Source of the DNA: Nitrospirota bacterium
GTDB lineage: Bacteria > Nitrospirota > Thermodesulfovibrionia > Thermodesulfovibrionales > JdFR-86
DNA: 64,000 bases
NCBI GenBank assembly: GCA_963721805.1
Contig: CAVRJY010000004.1
Span: forward strand, 128,001-192,000
Direction: 5' to 3'
Shown: positions 58,087-64,000 of the stretch, one piece after another
Numbering within the stretch: position 1 is the stretch's first letter
How the letters are laid out: every line of letters begins with the position of its first letter
Made by a program: the position numbers and the translations under genes
Notes under the pieces: generated by a model
What the model was told of the DNA's origin: nothing
Database searches by the model: none
The model's input: only the letters and a program-made list of their open reading frames with translations

Positions 58087-58766
58087 GAGATAAGTTCTTT
58101 GTTTACGGTGATCTTAAGCCCGCTCTTGAGCCCGTTGACATATGACTTGAGCGCGGCCTGGCGCTTCATGTCCAGCAGTTCCGTCAGGATCGTCTCCCTG
58201 AGCTTGGGGTCGGTGGCCGAGGCGGCCAGCGTGTCCTGCTCGTAGGGGCTCAGCTCGACCGAGTCCTCGACCGCGCGCCTGATCTTCTCCGCCAGCAGCT
58301 CGTTGCGCCGCGACTCCTCGAACCTCGCCGGGGTCAGGTGGTTGAGCTCCAGCGTGCGCAGGTAGACCTCTTTGTTGAAGGCGCCGTTGCGCACGAACGA
58401 CGGGTCTGAGGTGATCGCCTCCTGGAGCTCGTCGTCAGAGACCGTGAAGCCCTCGGCGCGGGCCGCGACGAGCAGGACGCGGTTGTCTATTATGCTGTCG
58501 AGGACCTGGGTCTTGAGTTCGTCGCGCATCTTCTGGTCGAACTTCTCCTTGTACGTCTCGCGGTAGACCTCGGTCATGCGGTCATAGGTGCGCCAGTAGT
58601 CCTCGACCGGCACCTTCTCGGCGCCGACCTCGGCGAGGTACTGCACCTGCTTCTTTCCGCCGTTTTGGCGGTCAACGCTGCCCACGCCCCAGAAGATGAA
58701 CGAAAGGATAACGACGATGAACAGAACGTAAAAATACCTGGCGTGTTTCCGCATTCCCTGAAGCAT
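58083..58766 (-). CDS. SurA N-terminal domain (PpiD-like) protein
   Basis: MLQGMRK + TM (SFIFWGVG), then VSDDEL...F...G.F..E.Y. Confidence 0.82.
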   Translation of the reverse strand: MLQGMRKHARYFYVLFIVVILSFIFWGVGSVDRQNGGKKQVQYLAEVGAEKVPVEDYWRTYDRMTEVYRETYKEKFDQKMRDELKTQVLDSIIDNRVLLVAARAEGFTVSDDELQEAITSDPSFVRNGAFNKEVYLRTLELNHLTPARFEESRRNELLAEKIRRAVEDSVELSPYEQDTLAASATDPKLRETILTELLDMKRQAALKSYVNGLKSGLKITVNKELIS

Positions 58767-58771
58767 ATGTC

Positions 58772-59167
58772 CTAATACCTCCCTGAAAAGTAGTCTTCGA
58801 GTATCCTCGCGTGGTCAAACGCGATATCCCCGGGCAGCGCGCCGCGCTGAAAAACCCCGGCATCCGCGGCATCGTCGCCGGCCCGGAGTTCGCCCGAACC
58901 CTCGGCCACGAACACGACCGATACGGTGTGTCCCCTCGGGTCACGCGCCGGATCGGAATACGCGTGCATCTGGCGGATGAGCCTGATCCGCAGTCCGGTC
59001 TCCTCGCGGGCCTCGCGCACCGCCGCATCCTCGAGCGTCTCGCCGGTCTCGACGAACCCGCCGGGGATCGCCCATCCGGGCGGAGGATACCTGCGCTTGA
59101 CCAGCACGATCCCGCCCCCGAACTCGATGATAGCGTCGACGGTGAGCCGTGGCCCCCTCGGTTCCAT
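58772..59167 (-). CDS. NUDIX hydrolase
   Basis: [24 protein letters not shown]udix box. Confidence 0.93.
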   Translation of the reverse strand: MEPRGPRLTVDAIIEFGGGIVLVKRRYPPPGWAIPGGFVETGETLEDAAVREAREETGLRIRLIRQMHAYSDPARDPRGHTVSVVFVAEGSGELRAGDDAADAGVFQRGALPGDIAFDHARILEDYFSGRY

Positions 59168-59225
59168 TGATTAATATTTTACAGCAATCGCATTGCAAAA
59201 GGGAACTTCTGAAAGCGCGCCATAA

Positions 59226-59909
59226 CTACAGCAACCCGCGTTCCCTGAAACTGTAGTGCCCCGCACTGCCGATAATGAGGTGGTCCAGCACGCGCAGGCT
59301 CATGCCCCTGGCCAGGCGCGCGAGTTCGGCGGTGAGCGCCTTGTCGTGCTCGGAGGGCTTGGCCGCGCCGCCCGGATGGTTATGGACGAAGATCACCCCG
59401 GTGGCGTTGTTGGCGAGCGCCCGCTCGATGATCTTGCGCGGGTATACCGCCGACTCGTCCACCGTGCCCTCGTGCACGACCTCGTCGGCGATGACCTCGT
59501 TGGCCGAGTTCAGGAACACGACCCTGAACTGCTCGTCGCGCAGGCCGGACATCTTAAGCGTGCAGTACTCGATCAGGGCCCCGGTGGAGGATACGGCCTT
59601 CCCCGCCCTGGCCGTGTCGCGCAGGTAGAGGGCTCCGCACTCCTTCACCGCCTTGATGAGCACGGCCGCGTTGCTGCCGATGCCCTTCACCGCGGTGAGC
59701 TCGTCCACGCTTGCGTCGATGACACCCCTGAAGCCGCCGAAGCGCTTCAGCAGGTCCTTCGCGAGGGGCTTTACGTCGCGCCTTGGGATGGCGTACATGA
59801 GCAGGAGCTCGATGGCCTCGTAGTCGTGCATGGCCTCCGCTCCGGCGCGGAGGAACCGGGCCCTGAGGCGTTGCCTGTGGCCGGCGTAATGGGGCTGCTG
59901 GTCGTCCAT
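59226..59909 (-). CDS. radC: RadC/JAB domain protein
   Basis: GHRQRLR, HhH motif, HNHPGG...PS..D and LDHLII. Confidence 0.93.
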   Translation of the reverse strand: MDDQQPHYAGHRQRLRARFLRAGAEAMHDYEAIELLLMYAIPRRDVKPLAKDLLKRFGGFRGVIDASVDELTAVKGIGSNAAVLIKAVKECGALYLRDTARAGKAVSSTGALIEYCTLKMSGLRDEQFRVVFLNSANEVIADEVVHEGTVDESAVYPRKIIERALANNATGVIFVHNHPGGAAKPSEHDKALTAELARLARGMSLRVLDHLIIGSAGHYSFRERGLL

Positions 59910-59936
59910 ACGCAGGGATTATAACACCGGGGGCGG

Positions 59937-61190
59937 TTAGGAGTCGGCTGGTATCTGCAGTCTCTGCCCCGGCTTGAGGCGCGTGGAGCGGTTAATGTCG
60001 TTGGCGTCGATGATGTCCTGCGTGTCGATGCCGTTTCGGCGCGCTATGCTCCAGAGGTTGTCGCCCTTCTTCACGACGTACCGCTTCGAGCCCGCGGCGC
60101 GCTTCGCGCCTGCCTGCTGCCTCGACGCGACGGCCTTTCTCTTGCGCGTGTGCCTGGCCGAGGCGTATTCGTCCTTGCCGGGGGCCGAGGCATGGTCCGG
60201 CATGTTTGCGATGAACGCCGCACGCGTGCCGACCGGGAGCTTCAGCACGTAATCGTCACCCGGCGGGGTGCGCTGCTTCTTGAGTTCGGGGTTCAGTTCC
60301 TTGATGGCCTCCGGCTCGACCCCAGCGGCCTGCCCGATGTCCGCAAGCGAGAGCTGATAGGGGATGTGCACTTCCTCGTACTGGAGGCCGTCCTCGTACT
60401 GGAGGTCCTCAAACCCGTAGGCCTCCGGGTCGTCCGCGATCAGCTTGGCCGCGATAAAGCGCGGGACGTACTCCTTGGTCTCGTTCTTGATCTGGCGCGT
60501 AGAGGCTATCGCCCAGAAGTCGTTGGAGTTCGTGTGGTCTATGGCGCGCGCGATCTTCATCTCCCCGGCGTTATAGGCCGCCATCGCAAGCTCCCACGAG
60601 TTGAACATCCCGTAGAGGTCCTTCATGTAGTGCGCCGCGGCGTGCGTGGACTTCACCGGGTCTCTGCGTTCGTCGACCCACTTGTCGATGCGCAGGCCGT
60701 AGCGCTTGCCGGTCTCGGGGATGAACTGCCAGGGCCCGGCCGCCTTCTTGGGCGAGAGCGCCTTGGTAGAGAAGCCGCTCTCGATCATCGACATGAAGAC
60801 GATGTCCGAGGGGATGCCCTCTTTTTTGAGGATGTCGGTCATGACCGTGATGTAGCGGCCCGAGCGCTGCAGGTAGAGCGCGAAGCGCTTCTTGATCGCC
60901 TCGGAAAACAGCTCGATGTTGCGCCTCACGGCAATCACGGCCATCGGGTTTTGCCGGAATTCGCTCATGCTCCGAAGGCCGATGTAGCCGGGTATGTCCA
61001 CGACGTCGCTCATCGGGTAGTTGTCGTCCGTCAGGCAGAGGCCGGGGTCGTGCGGCTCGCGCCCCAGCAGTATCGACGCCGAGGGGCTGGCCTGCACCCC
61101 GAACAGCTCGGCCGCGTTATTGGCGCTGGCAAGAGTCGCGGTGCCCAGAAGCAACACCCCGAGCGTCAGGGAAACCAGAACTTTTTGCAT
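59937..61190 (-). CDS. mltD: MltD-like lytic transglycosylase with LysM
   Basis: Signal peptide from 61190, IESGF, AGPWQF, AAYNAG and a C-terminal LysM. Confidence 0.88.
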   Translation of the reverse strand: MQKVLVSLTLGVLLLGTATLASANNAAELFGVQASPSASILLGREPHDPGLCLTDDNYPMSDVVDIPGYIGLRSMSEFRQNPMAVIAVRRNIELFSEAIKKRFALYLQRSGRYITVMTDILKKEGIPSDIVFMSMIESGFSTKALSPKKAAGPWQFIPETGKRYGLRIDKWVDERRDPVKSTHAAAHYMKDLYGMFNSWELAMAAYNAGEMKIARAIDHTNSNDFWAIASTRQIKNETKEYVPRFIAAKLIADDPEAYGFEDLQYEDGLQYEEVHIPYQLSLADIGQAAGVEPEAIKELNPELKKQRTPPGDDYVLKLPVGTRAAFIANMPDHASAPGKDEYASARHTRKRKAVASRQQAGAKRAAGSKRYVVKKGDNLWSIARRNGIDTQDIIDANDINRSTRLKPGQRLQIPADS

Positions 61191-61265
61191 GGTAAGATAA
61201 TCGCCCATTCGCCCCAAAAAGTCAAGGGGGCGAGGGATACTTTTACCTATATCGGCGTCTCTTCC

Positions 61266-61942
61266 AAAGCGCTCCAAATCGCTTGATACTGCGTTGGGCT
61301 TCAAAGACTCGCCCTCTATGTACGTCACATCAGTCCGCTTGGTCAAGCGTCCGGGGCCTTTTTCAAAGCGCTCCAAATCGTTTGATACTGCGTTGGGCTT
61401 CAAAGACTCGCCCTCTATGTACGCCCAAGTACACCATCGGGCGGTCTTCTCGCCCTGCCTTGTCTGAAGACGATTTGGGCGCGCTTTCGGGGGGCACGGA
61501 CAAAGGCCGCCCCCCGCGCCCCACAAGGTCAACGGCATGATTTGAGGCATGTTCTGATGCTCGCGCTTAGGTATAGTTACGCATTCCGCGCGCGTGCGCG
61601 CGCGTTTTTGCGTCTTTTGTTCGGATGTTGGGCAAGAATATGGCGATAATATCTTGAAAACACTCATTTGTTTGTCAGCCCTCTGTTCGGATGTTCGGAT
61701 AAAAGACGCGTTTTCTGGCCCATCATCCGAACACGCGGCGCTTGTCGAACACGCAGAACACTTCGGCTCCGCGCTGAGTGCTTGATGGCCTCTTGTCTTC
61801 CCTTTCAAATACATACCTAACTTACTCATCGCACCACTATACACCAAAGAAGGCCAAACTTTGGTTTATATATAAACCGAAGATAATAGGAAAAATTTAG
61901 GTTCGTGCGTTTTCTATTAACTTACGATTAACTATGGTTAAT
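61266..61942 (-). repeat. Palindromic element copy 12 (half copy + full copy 61365..61538) with long extension
   Basis: 1.5-copy core like 44688..44961. The extension is homologous to 40476..40825. Confidence 0.9.
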
Positions 61943-62226
61943 AAGCGCTCACCTACATCAGACACACGACACCGTCAAATTCAATGCACTGAACTTTGGA
62001 CACGCACGGACGCGGTTTGTTAATTTGGCTTCTAGCCTGGGTTTTCTCGCAACGAGTTGATTACATATAGAAAATAACCATTCTGTTATATTCAATCATT
62101 ACTGTATTTTCTGCCTTTTCATACCGCTTCTGCTACAATTTTGCTCCAGTCAGAAAGCCTCTAATATATAATTGCAAAGATTAATATTTTGGTGCTTCTG
62201 ATATAATTATTGCGGTAATAACTATC

Positions 62227-64000
62227 ATGACCACTCAGCCTGATTTACTCGCTAAGATAGTAACACCGCAACTGAAAAAACAGTTACGAGAGATTTGCGC
62301 GTTCGCTGAGAAGTTCTGGGAAAAGCCTTTTCTTTACTGGTTTACTAATCATGACGTAGAACATTCTAAGGAAATTATCCGGCGCATAGAACAAATAATC
62401 GTCCCGCTTGAGGGTACTGATAAGGCACTTAATGAGCACGAGACTTTCATACTCCTAGCCTCGGCTTATCTGCATGATATTGGCATGCAATATCTAAAAT
62501 ATGAGGGCAAATCTCCGGAAAACTTCACAGCTCAAGATTATAATGCAATACGGAAACTGCACGCTCAGTCAAGCTATGAACTTATCCGCAAGGGTATTAC
62601 AGCAAAGCTAGATAGAGACGATGTACACTTCCCGGATTTAAGCAAGCAATATATCCCCATTATTGCCCTAGTCTCGAAAGGCCACTCTGGCGACTTCTTT
62701 GAGGAGGTAGTAAATCACTTTGAAAAAACCCCCTATTCTCCAGACAACTGCGAAGTCAGAGGGGGACTTCTCACTGCGCTTCTACTCATAGCCGACGAGC
62801 TTGACCTTCATGCACGGCGCGCAAACTTCGATAATCTGAAGAACTATACCCCTTCCAGCTATACGTTTTCACACTGGTACAGACACCATTACGTGGAGCA
62901 CGTCGCTGTCGTTGAATCGTCTGTAAAGTTATTATTTGAGTTTCCGGACAATGCTGGTGATTACGCATCGCTGGTTATTTCTGCTATAGAGACGAAGATA
63001 GAGCAACAGATTTCATTCGTAGAGGATACGATCCGAAAAGCTACCGGAAGGATTCTGCTTAATCGCAAAGTTGAGATCAATCAGCGAGTAAATCCTGAAA
63101 CACATCGTCGTTCTATGCCAGAGGGTGTGCAGGCTGAGTTTCGCAAATTGCTTGACGATAAAGCAGTGCAAGCTAAATCTGCCTCCGGCTCTCCACCCAC
63201 TATAGCATCGTCTTCCTATACAATAGTTCCTCCCGAAAAACCTGTTAGTATATTTACCGGACGCAAGGAAGACTTGGAGCGGTTCAAATCTGCGCTTGCT
63301 GCCTCACCCATTATCTCCATAGAAGGTATCGGCGGCATTGGTAAAACCCAGTTCGCAGCTAAATGTATTGCAGATTTGTTCAATACGGAAAAGGTGGTTT
63401 GGTTTAAATGCACTACGGATACGCAGCTTGACTCACTAATCGAGGCATCAGGTTTTCCAGATGTCCTAAAGGGTGAGAATAAGACAGAGCTTGCAAGGTA
63501 TGCTGGGTTTCTGTCACTAATTGAGAAGCACGAAAAAATCATTTTTGTTGATGACTTTCAAGAAGTCACTGACAAATCGTTTGCCGAGTTTATCAGATTT
63601 GCACATGCGCGACTTGAAAAGGCCAAGATTGTTCTTATAGATCGAGAGCACCCGAATATCTCGGGTGTACACATTGCTCCTGTTCAGCTTGAGGGGCTTG
63701 GAAGCGCGGCATTAGAGTACGCGAAGAATTTCTGTAGCACATACTATCAAGGCATAACGATCGATAATGATACATTGCAAGGGCTTTGTGACAAGGCTGA
63801 CGGACACCCGCTCTCAATAGGGTTTGCAATTCAGCTGCTCAGTTACGGTGCGTTATCTGATGACATTATTGTGGCCATGATGGGAACTAAGCAGGGAGAC
63901 GAGTTGAGTAAGCGTCTACTTGCTATGGTATTCGATCATCCTCTAAGTACTGAGGCGGAGCGCGCATTCATGCTAACAATGTCGGTCTTGCGTGGATCGT
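62227..64000 (+). CDS. HD-phosphohydrolase (HD-CE-like) fused to a STAND/NB-ARC NTPase, partial
   Basis: Not in the ORF track (no stop inside the window). My translation gives FTNHDVEHS, AYLHDIG, LIADELDL, then FTGR..DL, GIGGIGKT (Walker A, 63325-63348), IIFVDD (Walker B) and GHPL. Confidence 0.85.
   Translation, partial: MTTQPDLLAKIVTPQLKKQLREICAFAEKFWEKPFLYWFTNHDVEHSKEIIRRIEQIIVPLEGTDKALNEHETFILLASAYLHDIGMQYLKYEGKSPENFTAQDYNAIRKLHAQSSYELIRKGITAKLDRDDVHFPDLSKQYIPIIALVSKGHSGDFFEEVVNHFEKTPYSPDNCEVRGGLLTALLLIADELDLHARRANFDNLKNYTPSSYTFSHWYRHHYVEHVAVVESSVKLLFEFPDNAGDYASLVISAIETKIEQQISFVEDTIRKATGRILLNRKVEINQRVNPETHRRSMPEGVQAEFRKLLDDKAVQAKSASGSPPTIASSSYTIVPPEKPVSIFTGRKEDLERFKSALAASPIISIEGIGGIGKTQFAAKCIADLFNTEKVVWFKCTTDTQLDSLIEASGFPDVLKGENKTELARYAGFLSLIEKHEKIIFVDDFQEVTDKSFAEFIRFAHARLEKAKIVLIDREHPNISGVHIAPVQLEGLGSAALEYAKNFCSTYYQGITIDNDTLQGLCDKADGHPLSIGFAIQLLSYGALSDDIIVAMMGTKQGDELSKRLLAMVFDHPLSTEAERAFMLTMSVLRGS

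Noticed and set aside
59937..61847. N-terminally extended MltD (636 aa) and phospholipase C (400 aa, 43857-45059) as real fusion proteins
   Set aside because: Both have signal peptides and their own promoter-like starts at 61190 and 44642. The extensions are read-through of the repeat, which is treated separately as a finding.

Overview
A GC-rich chromosomal segment from an anaerobic Gram-negative bacterium. The gene set (desulfoferrodoxin, NikR-regulated Ni/Co transporter, multiheme cytochromes, dnaJ-hspR-clpB) suggests Nitrospirota or Desulfobacterota; this taxonomy is inference only. The backbone is housekeeping: smc (partial), gyrB, dnaJ-hspR-clpB, cfa, ugd, nikR-nikMNQO, a K+ channel, glgP, mgtA, a phosphomannomutase, HU, acs, hisG, dfx, cobA/hemD, anmK, radC and mltD. 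There is also a porin-cytochrome (Ext/Pcc-like) cluster and a separate 9-heme cytochrome. Several essential genes carry single-base frameshifts that look like assembly errors. The most striking feature is a family of about 12 long palindromic elements (AAAGCGC.CCAAATCG...CGATTTGG.GCGCTTT) with covarying internal stems. They form head-to-head inverted pairs that bracket the AT-rich accessory islands: 4 complete pairs plus a fifth open at the window edge. The cargo is defence/immunity-like: MNT-HEPN toxin-antitoxin, an orphan SdpI immunity protein, lipoprotein and Cys-rich peptide cassettes behind IS256-end promoters, two identical IS200 elements, and an HD-phosphohydrolase-STAND (NLR-like) protein. 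Three copies carry a ~330-400 bp 5' extension with a perfect palindrome, a -10 box and a frame-conserved ORF. Many genes look leaderless.
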